NCBI GenBank assembly: GCA_017507215.1 | Contig: JAFWBI010000007.1 | Coordinates: 20,910-84,909, forward strand | Origin: Clostridia bacterium | GTDB lineage: Bacteria > Bacillota > Clostridia > Christensenellales > UBA1242 | Direction of reading: 5' to 3' | DNA: 64,000 nucleotides | Part shown: positions 18,208 through 27,386 of the stretch, piece after piece | How the letters are laid out: every line of letters begins with the position of its first letter | Numbering within the stretch: the first letter of the stretch is position 1 | The notes under the pieces: generated by a model | Databases searched by the model: none | The model's input: the letters and a program-made list of their open reading frames with translations, nothing else | Told to the model about the DNA's origin: nothing | Translations under genes and position numbers: made by a program

Positions 18208-19644
18208 TTATAAATCTTCGTAAAGCTCAATATATTTATCGGCACAGTCTTTGATGTCAAAACTTTCGTCCATCACTTGTGCGATATAGCCATTGAGTCT
18301 TTCTTTGTTTTCAAAATGACGAAGTGTTCTATTGATTAGGTCGGTGAGTGTGGTTGCATCATAGTCATTGAATGTGTAGCCGTTTCCACCTTGATATCTA
18401 AAGTCGGTGAAGTTGTCTTTTAAACCACCGGTTTCAAACACGATTGGAAGAGCGCCATATTTGTTTGCGATGAGTGGGCAAAGACCACAAGGTTCAACAC
18501 TTGAAATGTTAAACAAGAAGTCTGTTCCAGCGTAAATCTTTTTAACAAAATGGTTGTCATAACCGAATTTGATTTTTACATTGTTTGGATACTTATCGTT
18601 TAAATATTTCATATAGTTTTGATATTCAGGGCTGCCACCACCGATTCCAACAAATTGAAGTTTGTTTTCTTCAAGATAAGGTTCAATAACTTGTCTTAAA
18701 AGCTCGATGCCTTTGTTCACGCCCATATATCCAACATAAGCATAAACCGGAATATTTGCGTCAACTGGAAGACCAAGTTCTTCTTGAAGTTTGAGCTTGT
18801 TTTCGCCGCGTTTGTCAAGATTATCTTTGTCGTAGGTCACATAAACATTTGGGTCGGTTGCTGGGTTGTAATATTCATAGTCGATGCCATTGATGATGCC
18901 GTGAACTTTGTAGCTCACGCTTTCAAGAATGCCTTGAAGACCGTTTCCTTGTTCGCTGTGCATAATTTCGTCTTTATAGGTTTCGCTTACAGCAACGATT
19001 GAATCTGAGCACATAATGCTTGCTTTCATAATGTTTGCTCTGCCAAAAAAGTCGAAAAGATAGGCAAATTTGTCGTCAACATTCAAAAGGTCTTTAACGA
19101 TATTAAAGTCTGCGATTCCTTGATAGGTTAAGTTGTGAATGTTGAGAACGGTTTTGATATGTTCATATTTTGGGTTTTGCCATTCTAAGATTTTTAAGAA
19201 TGTGCAGACCATGCTTGATTGCCAGTCGTTTGTGTGAATGATGTCAGGGAAGAAGTTTACAAGTGGAAGAATATCAAGCACAGCTTTGCTGAAAAAGCTG
19301 AATCTTTCAACGTCGTCAGGGTAGCCCAAAAGGTTTTCTCTTTCGAAATATTGCTTGTTGTCAATGAAATAATAGGTTATTCCATTAAACTCATATTCAT
19401 AAATTCCACAGTATTCTTTTCTCCAAGAAAGCTCAACGGTTCTTTCACCAATAAGTTTAAAGCCTTCTCTATATTTTTCAGGAATCTTTGAATAGAGTGG
19501 CAAAATAACACGAGCATTGATTTTGCCAGATTTATTCAAATATTTTGGAAGGGCATAGCACATGTCTGCAACCCCACCATTTGCGCAAAATGGAATACAT
19601 TCTGCACTTACAAATAAAACGTCAAGTTTGGTTTTTTCGTCCAT
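18208..19644 (-). CDS. glgA: Glycogen synthase (GT5), with atypical motifs
   Basis: IHTNDWQ, IHNLTYQG, GIINGID, EPCGL; ANGG replaces KTGG; adjacent to glgB. Confidence 0.85.
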   Translation of the reverse strand: MDEKTKLDVLFVSAECIPFCANGGVADMCYALPKYLNKSGKINARVILPLYSKIPEKYREGFKLIGERTVELSWRKEYCGIYEYEFNGITYYFIDNKQYFERENLLGYPDDVERFSFFSKAVLDILPLVNFFPDIIHTNDWQSSMVCTFLKILEWQNPKYEHIKTVLNIHNLTYQGIADFNIVKDLLNVDDKFAYLFDFFGRANIMKASIMCSDSIVAVSETYKDEIMHSEQGNGLQGILESVSYKVHGIINGIDYEYYNPATDPNVYVTYDKDNLDKRGENKLKLQEELGLPVDANIPVYAYVGYMGVNKGIELLRQVIEPYLEENKLQFVGIGGGSPEYQNYMKYLNDKYPNNVKIKFGYDNHFVKKIYAGTDFLFNISSVEPCGLCPLIANKYGALPIVFETGGLKDNFTDFRYQGGNGYTFNDYDATTLTDLINRTLRHFENKERLNGYIAQVMDESFDIKDCADKYIELYEDL

Positions 19645-19653
19645 AAATCCTCT

Positions 19654-21546
19654 CTAATTTTTTTGAACCTTGCGAATAAGCAAGCTTGTGTTTGCTGGAA
19701 TATTCAAACGAATTGCGTGAGCTTTTCCATTTTTGTTCATAATGCTTGAGTGAATAAGCTCGTTGTGTTCGTCAGTTCCACCAAAAAGTTCATCATCTGT
19801 TGTGAAGATTTCTTCATAAGTTCCACTTTCGTCAACGCCGATAACATAGTCGGTGATTCTAAATGGAGAGAAATTACTCACACAATATAGATAATTTCTG
19901 TTCTTGTCATAACGTTTAAACACGCAAACGCAGTTTAAATTGTCATCTTTAACAACCCATTCAAAACCTGATTTGTCGAAGTCAATTTCATACATTTCAG
20001 GGGTGTTGATGTAAAGGTGGTTGAGTGATGAAATGAATTTGCTGAGTTTTTTGTTGTTTTGAGCTTTCAAAAGTTTCCAGTTAATTGGCTCGTCGTGTGT
20101 CCACTCTGTGATTTGACCGAATTCGCTGCCCATGAATGAAAGCTTTTTGCCAGGGTGCATAAACATATAAAGATAGAATGCACGGCAAAGGTCAATTTTG
20201 GTTTTCATGTCATCGCCGTTCATCTTTTTGATGAGTGAGTGACGACCGTTTGCAACTTCGTCATGGTCAACAGGCAAGATGAAGTTTTCATCAAAACAAT
20301 AATCAAGAGTGTGAGTCAAAATCTTGTGATGATATTTTCTAAAGTGTGGGTCCATTGAAGTATATTCCCAAATATCGTTCATCCAACCAACATTCCACTT
20401 AAAGTTGAAACCGAGTCCACCGATTGTTGTTGGTTTTGTAACCATTGGCCAAGAAGAAACTTCTTCGGCAATCATGAGTGCATTAGGGAACTCGCTGAAG
20501 ATGCAGTTGTTTAAATTCTTCAAAAACTCAACACCTGCATAGTTGATGTTGTTTCCGTTGACGTTAGGAATCCACTCGTCAGGGTTTCTGCAGAAATCGA
20601 GATATAAAATCGCAACGCAAGCATCAACTCTGATTCCGTCAAAGTGATATTTTCTCATATAGAAAAGAGCACTTGCAAGCAAGAATTGAGTTACATATGG
20701 GTCTTCATAGTCAAACATTCTGGTTGTCCAAGCAAGTTGATATTTTCTGTCCCACTTTGGGCTTTCGTAAAGTGATTCGCCGTCCCAGTCCATAAGTCCA
20801 AATTCGTGGAAATCGAAGTGGGCAGGAACCCAGTCTAAAATTACGCCAATTCCAGCTTCGTGGCACTTGTCAATGAAATACATAAAATCTTTTGGTTTGC
20901 CATATCTGCTTGTGATTGCGTAATAGCCTTGAACTTGATATCCCCAAGAAATATCTCTAGGGAACTCTGAAAGTGGCAAGAGTTCAATGTGGGTGTATCC
21001 CATTTTTTTAACGTATGGAATGAGTGATGTTGCAAGTTCACGGTAGGTGTAAAAACTGCCGTCTGCATGGCGTTTCCACGAAAGAAGACACACTTCATAA
21101 ATGTTCATAGGTGTATCTAAGTGGTTTTTTTGTTCAAATTTTTCAAAATATTTTGAATCTTTCCATTTATAACCATCAAGGTCATAAATGTATGATGCAA
21201 AGTCGCCATCATGTGTTACGTTTTGACCATAAAAAGCATATGGGTCAGCTTTCACAACTTCTTTGTCGTTTTTGTCAACAACGATATATTTATATTTTTG
21301 AAGGTTTTTAGCCTTTTCAACAAAAACTTCCCACACATTTGAATTTTTGATTCGCTTTAGTGGGTGAGATTCTTTGTCCCAGTTGTTGAAATCGCCAACA
21401 ACAAAAATTTCTTTTGCTTTTGGAGCGTAAACCCTGAAGTAAACACCCGGCTTTCCGTTTTTTCTTCCAAAATGGCTGCCCAAATATTCATAAACTTTTA
21501 AATCTTTGCCATTTTGTATGTTTGAAATTCTTTCTTCTGTCTTCAT
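19654..21546 (-). CDS. glgB: 1,4-alpha-glucan branching enzyme
   Basis: SWGYQ, LDWVPAHF, DGIRVDA, IAEE, HDEV. Confidence 0.95.
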   Translation of the reverse strand: MKTEERISNIQNGKDLKVYEYLGSHFGRKNGKPGVYFRVYAPKAKEIFVVGDFNNWDKESHPLKRIKNSNVWEVFVEKAKNLQKYKYIVVDKNDKEVVKADPYAFYGQNVTHDGDFASYIYDLDGYKWKDSKYFEKFEQKNHLDTPMNIYEVCLLSWKRHADGSFYTYRELATSLIPYVKKMGYTHIELLPLSEFPRDISWGYQVQGYYAITSRYGKPKDFMYFIDKCHEAGIGVILDWVPAHFDFHEFGLMDWDGESLYESPKWDRKYQLAWTTRMFDYEDPYVTQFLLASALFYMRKYHFDGIRVDACVAILYLDFCRNPDEWIPNVNGNNINYAGVEFLKNLNNCIFSEFPNALMIAEEVSSWPMVTKPTTIGGLGFNFKWNVGWMNDIWEYTSMDPHFRKYHHKILTHTLDYCFDENFILPVDHDEVANGRHSLIKKMNGDDMKTKIDLCRAFYLYMFMHPGKKLSFMGSEFGQITEWTHDEPINWKLLKAQNNKKLSKFISSLNHLYINTPEMYEIDFDKSGFEWVVKDDNLNCVCVFKRYDKNRNYLYCVSNFSPFRITDYVIGVDESGTYEEIFTTDDELFGGTDEHNELIHSSIMNKNGKAHAIRLNIPANTSLLIRKVQKN

Positions 21547-21735
21547 AAAATCGCGAGACTCCTTGAATTATTTAAAACAAGAAAATTATAACAAATATAT
21601 AGTGTATTGTCAAACCACAGCATAACCACAATGCTAATTTCGGGGGACAAATGAGCAAAATTTGTATATATTTGTTAAAAATAAAAAATCATATGGATTT
21701 TACTTGTTTTTTAATGAAATTAAAATATAATCTTC

Positions 21736-21770
21736 AAATCCTTTTTTTGGTATATGGCGTATGTTATCAT
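21736..21770 (+). promoter_or_regulatory. Promoter with degenerate AAATCC-N8-GGATTT palindrome
   Basis: AAATCC (21736-41), 8 nt, GTATAT, 9 nt, TG-N-TATCAT (21765-70); same geometry as promoters at 35 and 420. Confidence 0.5.
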
Positions 21771-21799
21771 GAAGTTATAAATTAAAAAGGAGAAAAATT

Positions 21800-22060
21800 A
21801 TGAAATTAAAAAATGTTGAAGAAATGAAAAATTTTGATAATTATTTCAAAGCGGCAGTGATGCTAACAATGTGTAACGGTTGTGTGTCTGCTGCGTTGTT
21901 GCAAAGAAAGTTTGCAATTGGCTATTCAAGAGCTGCGAGAATAGTTGATGCTATGGAAGATTGTGGTTTTGTTGCACCATTAGACAGTGAAAAAAGACGC
22001 AAAGCACTCATAACACCTGAAAAGTTTGAAGAAATTTTTGGTGAAAAGTTTGAAGTGTAA
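21800..22060 (+). CDS. Stand-alone FtsK gamma (winged-helix) domain protein
   Basis: SAALLQRKFAIGYSRAARIVDAME..GFV; own AAGGAG RBS; no motor domain upstream. Confidence 0.85.
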   Translation: MKLKNVEEMKNFDNYFKAAVMLTMCNGCVSAALLQRKFAIGYSRAARIVDAMEDCGFVAPLDSEKRRKALITPEKFEEIFGEKFEV

Positions 22061-22144
22061 GAAGATTAAATAAGTTTGCGTTTGCTGGGCTAAAAAAGAT
22101 GATTTTTTGAGTGTGATTTGGTATACTTTTTCTAGGAGATTTTT

Positions 22145-22894
22145 ATGAAAATTATCAGTTGGAACACAAACGGGCTTCGTGCTTGCAAAGAAAAGGGATT
22201 TGATGAGTTTTTTGAAACTGAAGATGCAGACATTTTTTGCGTTCAAGAAACCAAAATGCAAGAAGGTCAAGCAGACCTTAAAAAGAAAGGGTATCATTTA
22301 TTTATGAGCTCTGCAGAAAAGAAAGGGTATAGTGGAACGCTTATCTATTCAAAAAAAGAGCCAATTTCTGTGGTTTTTGGCATCAATGAAAAATATAACG
22401 ACGAAGGCAGAGTTATCACCCTTGAATTTGAAGATTTTTATATGGTTAATGCCTATGTTCCAAACTCTCAAGAAGAGCTTAAACGCCTTGACTATCGCAT
22501 GGTTTTTGAAGACGATATTAGAAAATATTTAAACTCGCTCAGCAAAAACAAAACAGTCATCTACACCGGTGACCTTAATGTTGCGCACACAGAAATCGAC
22601 ATCAAAAATGCCAAATCAAACGAGAGAAATGCAGGTTTCACTATTGAAGAGAGAACAAAGATGACGGAACTTTTGGAATCTGGCTTTGTTGATTCGTTTA
22701 GATATTTATATCCAAACAAAATCGAATATTCTTGGTGGAGCTATCGCTTTCAGGCAAGGGCAAAAAATGTGGGTTGGCGTCTTGATTATTTCATTGTTTC
22801 AGAAAATGCAAAAAATAAGATTCGCGATTCAAAGATTTACACATCTGTTCTTGGCAGTGACCATGCTCCAATCGGGCTTGAAATTGAATTGTAA
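22145..22894 (+). CDS. xth: Exodeoxyribonuclease III / AP endonuclease
   Basis: SWNTNGLRA, QETK, GDLNVAH, WRLDY, SDHAP. Confidence 0.95.
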   Translation: MKIISWNTNGLRACKEKGFDEFFETEDADIFCVQETKMQEGQADLKKKGYHLFMSSAEKKGYSGTLIYSKKEPISVVFGINEKYNDEGRVITLEFEDFYMVNAYVPNSQEELKRLDYRMVFEDDIRKYLNSLSKNKTVIYTGDLNVAHTEIDIKNAKSNERNAGFTIEERTKMTELLESGFVDSFRYLYPNKIEYSWWSYRFQARAKNVGWRLDYFIVSENAKNKIRDSKIYTSVLGSDHAPIGLEIEL

Positions 22895-22925
22895 ATAAAA
22901 GCAGAATAAATCTGATAAAAAAGAT

Positions 22926-22953
22926 TGAAAATTTAAAAGTTTAGTGATATAAT
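22926..22953 (+). promoter_or_regulatory. Sigma-A promoter of the metK leader
   Basis: TTGAAA, 16 nt, TG-N-TATAAT. Confidence 0.7.
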
Positions 22954-22962
22954 ACGTGTATT

Positions 22963-23043
22963 CCATAAAGAGTGTGCGAGGGACAGCCCCGTCGACCACA
23001 CAGCAACCTAGCTTTCGCCAAGGTGCTAAAGGCTGACCGATGG
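22963..23043 (+). ncRNA. SAM-I-clan (S-box) riboswitch, compact form without P4
   Basis: CCAT..AAGAG, GAGGGACAGCCC, GCAACC...GGTGCT, GGCTG pseudoknot partner, closing GATGG; upstream of metK. Confidence 0.85.
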
Positions 23044-23060
23044 TTCGAGTTTTAAATTGA

Positions 23061-23086
23061 GTCCGTCGGATTACGACGGATTTTTT
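23061..23086 (+). terminator. Riboswitch-controlled terminator
   Basis: TCCGTCG-GATTA-CGACGGA followed by T6. Confidence 0.8.
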
Positions 23087-23128
23087 AATGCCTGAAATTA
23101 TGGAAAAACAAAAGATTTAGGAGAGATT

Positions 23129-24217
23129 ATGAGAAAAATTATTACAAGTGAATCCGTGAATATCGGACACCCAGACAAAACTTGTGACACCATTGCAGAC
23201 GCAATTTTAGATGCTGCTCTTGCAGGTGACCCACATTCACAAATGGCTGTTGAATGTGCAATCAAAAATGACAAATTGTTTATTTATGGTGAAGCAACAA
23301 CAAAATCAGAAATTGATTATGAAAAAATCGGCAGAGAAGTTTTGAAAGAAATTGGCTATGAAAACGAGTTTCAAGTTATCAAAGAAATTTCTATTCAAAG
23401 CCCAGACATCGCACAAGCTGTTATTGGCGAAGAAGAACTCAAAGCTAATGACCAAGGTATGGTTTATGGTTACGCTTCAAACGAAACTGCTGAATTTATG
23501 CCACTTCCAATCATCGTTGCTCACAAGCTTATGAAGAAGTATGATGAATATAGAAGAACAACTTCTTGTTATTATGCAGATGCAAAAAGCCAAGTTTCAA
23601 TCGAATATGAAGATGAAAAGCCAGTTGCAATCGCAACAGTTTTGGTTAGTGTTTCTCACAGTGACGAGCTTGAAACTGAACAAATTCAAAAAGACGTTAA
23701 AGAAAACGTTATCGACCCAGTTTTAAAAGAATATGCTGAGTTTGACCAATCAAACACAAAATTCTTAATCAACACCAGTGGAAAGTTTACCATTTGGGGA
23801 AGCTTTGGCGACAGTGGTTGTGTTGGAAGAAAAATTATTGTTGACACCTATGGTGGCGTGGGCAGAGTTGGTGGTGGTTGCTTCAGCTCTAAAAACGCAA
23901 CAAAAGTTGACAGAAGTGCTTGTTATTACGCAAGATATGTTGCAAAGAATATTGTTGCACATGGTCTTGCTGACAAGTGTGAAATTCAAGCAAGTTATGC
24001 AATTGGTATTGCTGAACCAGTGAGCCTATATGTTGAAACATTCGGCACAAACAAAGTTTCAATGGAAGAAATTTTGGAATATGTAAACAACAACTTCAGC
24101 TTCAGACTTTCAAACATCATTAACGAGCTTGATTTGCTCAGACCAATCTATAAGCAAACAGCTTGCTTTGGCCACTTTGGAAGAAATGAATTTCCTTGGG
24201 AACAAATCAAAGACTAA
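23129..24217 (+). CDS. metK: S-adenosylmethionine synthetase
   Basis: ESV..GHPDK, DQG, GRKIIVDTYGG, TKVDRS; SAM riboswitch upstream. Confidence 0.95.
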   Translation: MRKIITSESVNIGHPDKTCDTIADAILDAALAGDPHSQMAVECAIKNDKLFIYGEATTKSEIDYEKIGREVLKEIGYENEFQVIKEISIQSPDIAQAVIGEEELKANDQGMVYGYASNETAEFMPLPIIVAHKLMKKYDEYRRTTSCYYADAKSQVSIEYEDEKPVAIATVLVSVSHSDELETEQIQKDVKENVIDPVLKEYAEFDQSNTKFLINTSGKFTIWGSFGDSGCVGRKIIVDTYGGVGRVGGGCFSSKNATKVDRSACYYARYVAKNIVAHGLADKCEIQASYAIGIAEPVSLYVETFGTNKVSMEEILEYVNNNFSFRLSNIINELDLLRPIYKQTACFGHFGRNEFPWEQIKD

Positions 24218-24313
24218 GTTCAAACGCTTTAAAGATGGGTATTTTTACCCATCTTTTTATTTTGTTTGACAAATTTTCAGTGTGTGTTTAAAATTTTGAA
24301 TAGGAGAGATTTT

Positions 24314-25180
24314 ATGATTGATTTGCATATGCACACAACTTGTTCAGACGGAACTGATAGCGTTGAAAAACTCATTGACAACGTCATCTTAGAAGGGGTG
24401 ACATTTTTTTCAATCACAGACCACGACACAGCAAAAGCGTGCAGAAAAATCTTAAAAAGTGAAGAGCTCAAACAGAAAATCAAAGATGCAAACATAGCGT
24501 TTGTTCCAGGAATTGAGTATAGCTGCATTTACAAGGGCAGAAAAGTGCATATTTTGGCATATGACATTGACCCAAATTCTGACGAAGTTCGAGATTTTGA
24601 AAAAAGACTTAAACTTTTGATGAAGGAAAAAGATATATATAGATTCAAGGCGATTGAAGATGCAGGGTTCAAGTTTTCAGAGCAGTCTATGGAATTTTTG
24701 AACAGCAGAATCAATATAAGAACTCCAGATGTTGCAAACTGTTTGAAAAATGACGGTTTTTTTGAAGATATTGAAGATGCTCACGTGTTCTTAAAATCTA
24801 TCAAATATCCAAGAGATTATTTGTTTGATGCGATTGAAGTTATTTCTGAAATGTCAAAAGCAGGTGCAAAAGTGGTTTGGGCACACTCAATTTATGGAGT
24901 GAAACAAAGGCATATTCCATTTGAGCAGGTGGACGATTTTGTTTGTGACTTCAAGAAATTTGGGCTTTCAGGCTTAGAGTGTTATTATTCACTTTATGAT
25001 GAAAATGAAATTGCAGAACTTGTTAAAATTGCAAAAAAACATGGGCTTTTTGTGACTTGTGGCTCAGATTATCATGGCAAGAACAAAAAGATAAAACTGC
25101 TCGAGAGAAGTGTTGATGGCACAAAAGTTCCTGAAGATGAAATCAAAATTATCAAAACATTTAAAAATGTAATCAAATGA
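24314..25180 (+). CDS. PHP-domain phosphoesterase
   Basis: DLHMHTTCSDG, ITDHD, GSDYHG. Confidence 0.9.
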   Translation: MIDLHMHTTCSDGTDSVEKLIDNVILEGVTFFSITDHDTAKACRKILKSEELKQKIKDANIAFVPGIEYSCIYKGRKVHILAYDIDPNSDEVRDFEKRLKLLMKEKDIYRFKAIEDAGFKFSEQSMEFLNSRINIRTPDVANCLKNDGFFEDIEDAHVFLKSIKYPRDYLFDAIEVISEMSKAGAKVVWAHSIYGVKQRHIPFEQVDDFVCDFKKFGLSGLECYYSLYDENEIAELVKIAKKHGLFVTCGSDYHGKNKKIKLLERSVDGTKVPEDEIKIIKTFKNVIK

Positions 25181-25400
25181 TGAGTTTGTTTAATATAATA
25201 AGTACTGAGATTATTCTCAGTGCTTTTTTGTTTGAAAAAAATATTGTAAATTTTGAAAAATTGGGTATTGACAAACATTATAACTTATGATAGAATAACT
25301 GTAGTGAAAGAAATTTCACATTAAAAATGCAAAAAATTAAACAAAAATGTTGAAAATTTTACATTTGGAAAGTGAAATTTTTAAAAGGGGGAAATTAAAA

Positions 25401-26399
25401 ATGACAGTTTTACAAATTGTTTTGCTCAGTGTTGCAGGTGCTTTTGCCTTGGCGTCAATTGTGTTTATGATTATGTTTATTGTTGAAATCACTGTTGAGC
25501 CAAAAGAAGAAAAATTAGAAGATGTTCAAAGCGTGTTCACAGTTAATGTGATTAACAACGTCGTTAAAGATGAAGAAGATGAAGATGTTGACGCTATGCT
25601 TGCTAAGCTTGATGAAGAAACAGAAGGCGAAGAAGTAGAAGAAGAAAAACAAGAAGAAGCTAAAGAAGAAGCTGTAGTTGAAGAAGCTGTGGTTGAAGAA
25701 AAAGACACTTTGGTTGAAATCTTTGAAGAAATCGAAGAAACTCCAGCTGAAGAAGAAGTTGAAGAAAAGGTTGAAGAAGTTAAAGAAGAAATTGTTGAAG
25801 AAAAACAAGAAGAAATCGCTGAAGAAAAGGTTGAAAAGGTTGAAGAATCAAAGATTGAAGACCTTGCTGCTGTTTCTGAAGATGACGAAGATGAAACTTC
25901 TGAGCCAAGTGAAGATACTGAAATTTTGGAGTATACAGGCTTAAAAGATGAACAAGTTGACATTCAAGCAAATGGTTCAATCGACTATTCTGCAAGACTT
26001 GAAAAAATCATTGCAAGCAGAGATAAAATTGAAAGAGACCTTGCAAAGATTCAAAAAGCAATCTTGAAATATGAAAGAACAAAGAGAAGAAAAAACAGAA
26101 ACCAAAAGATGCTTGACAGACGTGCTGGTGAACTTACAAACCTTAACCTTGTTATGTATAGCGTAACAGACATCAAAAATATTGATGAAGACAAAAAGGC
26201 TAAACAAGAAGAACTCACAGCTCACATTGCTGAACTTAAAGCAAGCATTCAAGATGCTGAAGAATATATCGAAAGCAACAAAGAAAAGAACGACCACAAC
26301 GTTAAAATGGCTAAGTTCTTACTTCAAGAAAAAGCTAGATATAACGAAGAAATTGCTGAACTTCAAAAACTTACAGATGCTGAAGGCGACGCAAAATAG
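25401..26399 (+). CDS. Membrane-anchored acidic / coiled-coil hypothetical protein
   Basis: N-terminal TM, Glu-rich linker, C-terminal coiled coil; TTGACA-17-TAGAAT promoter at 25268-25296. Confidence 0.7.
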   Translation: MTVLQIVLLSVAGAFALASIVFMIMFIVEITVEPKEEKLEDVQSVFTVNVINNVVKDEEDEDVDAMLAKLDEETEGEEVEEEKQEEAKEEAVVEEAVVEEKDTLVEIFEEIEETPAEEEVEEKVEEVKEEIVEEKQEEIAEEKVEKVEESKIEDLAAVSEDDEDETSEPSEDTEILEYTGLKDEQVDIQANGSIDYSARLEKIIASRDKIERDLAKIQKAILKYERTKRRKNRNQKMLDRRAGELTNLNLVMYSVTDIKNIDEDKKAKQEELTAHIAELKASIQDAEEYIESNKEKNDHNVKMAKFLLQEKARYNEEIAELQKLTDAEGDAK

Positions 26400-26522
26400 T
26401 TAAAATATCGAAATTTAGGCAGACCGAGTGTAACACTTGGTCTGTTTTTTATTTACTAAATTTGAAAATAATGGTATTATTAAGGCACAAAAATAAAAAA
26501 CTAATAATTGTTGGGTGATTTT

Positions 26523-27386
26523 ATGTTTGATTTTTTTAAGAAAAAGAAAACTGAAGGAATTGATATTCACAAAAAGGTCAAAATTGGCTTGGCGCTTGGT
26601 GGTGGTGGCGCTAGGGGAATCGGTCACATTGGGGCGCTTAAAGCTTTTGAAGAGCTTGGCGTGAAGTTTGACTATGTGGCTGGAACAAGTGCAGGAAGCA
26701 TCATGGCTGCGCTTTATGCTTTTGGAAAATCAGCAAAAGAAATGGAAGAACTTGCAAAGGGGCTTAAAAAGAAAGATATTATGCGTGGCAGCATACCTTT
26801 TATTAAGCCGATTAACACCGAAAAACTTGAAGACCAACTCAACAAGGCATTTGGGGATATCACGGTTTTTTCTGAGATGAAAATTCCACTCACAGTTGTT
26901 TGCACAGACCTTAAAACCGGCAGAGAAATTGACTTTGACTATGGAAATGTTGCAAAGGTTGTTTCTGCAAGTTGTGCTGTTCCAGGAGTGTTTACACCAG
27001 TTGTGTATGAAGATATGCACCTTGTTGATGGTGGGGTTAGAAACAATGTTCCTGCTGATGTGGTTAAAAAAATGGGTGCAAATGTTGTTTTTGCAATCGA
27101 CGTCAACCATTTGCGTGGCACGGGAACAGATTCGCTTTCAACTGTTGGAGTGCTTTCTTCAACCATTGGAATCATGATGCAAGCAAAAGTTGATGACGTT
27201 TTAAATCAAGCAGATTTGATTTTCAAGCCTTCTCTTGAGCAATTTTCACCACTTAAATTTGAAGGCATTAATGAAATGATAAAAATCGGTTATGATACCG
27301 TTATGGCAAATAAAGATAAAATTCAAAAAATGTTAGGGCTTAATCCTAAAAAGATAGGAAAGTTTTTCACTCATGACAAGAAATAA
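26523..27386 (+). CDS. Patatin-like phospholipase
   Basis: GGGARG, GTSAG, DGG motifs. Confidence 0.92.
   Translation: MFDFFKKKKTEGIDIHKKVKIGLALGGGGARGIGHIGALKAFEELGVKFDYVAGTSAGSIMAALYAFGKSAKEMEELAKGLKKKDIMRGSIPFIKPINTEKLEDQLNKAFGDITVFSEMKIPLTVVCTDLKTGREIDFDYGNVAKVVSASCAVPGVFTPVVYEDMHLVDGGVRNNVPADVVKKMGANVVFAIDVNHLRGTGTDSLSTVGVLSSTIGIMMQAKVDDVLNQADLIFKPSLEQFSPLKFEGINEMIKIGYDTVMANKDKIQKMLGLNPKKIGKFFTHDKK

Noticed and set aside
25515-26297. Antisense Phe/Ser-rich ORFs here and at 29595, 31449, 48090 and similar
   Set aside because: Shadows of GAA/AAA-rich sense genes, with no RBS or protein-like composition
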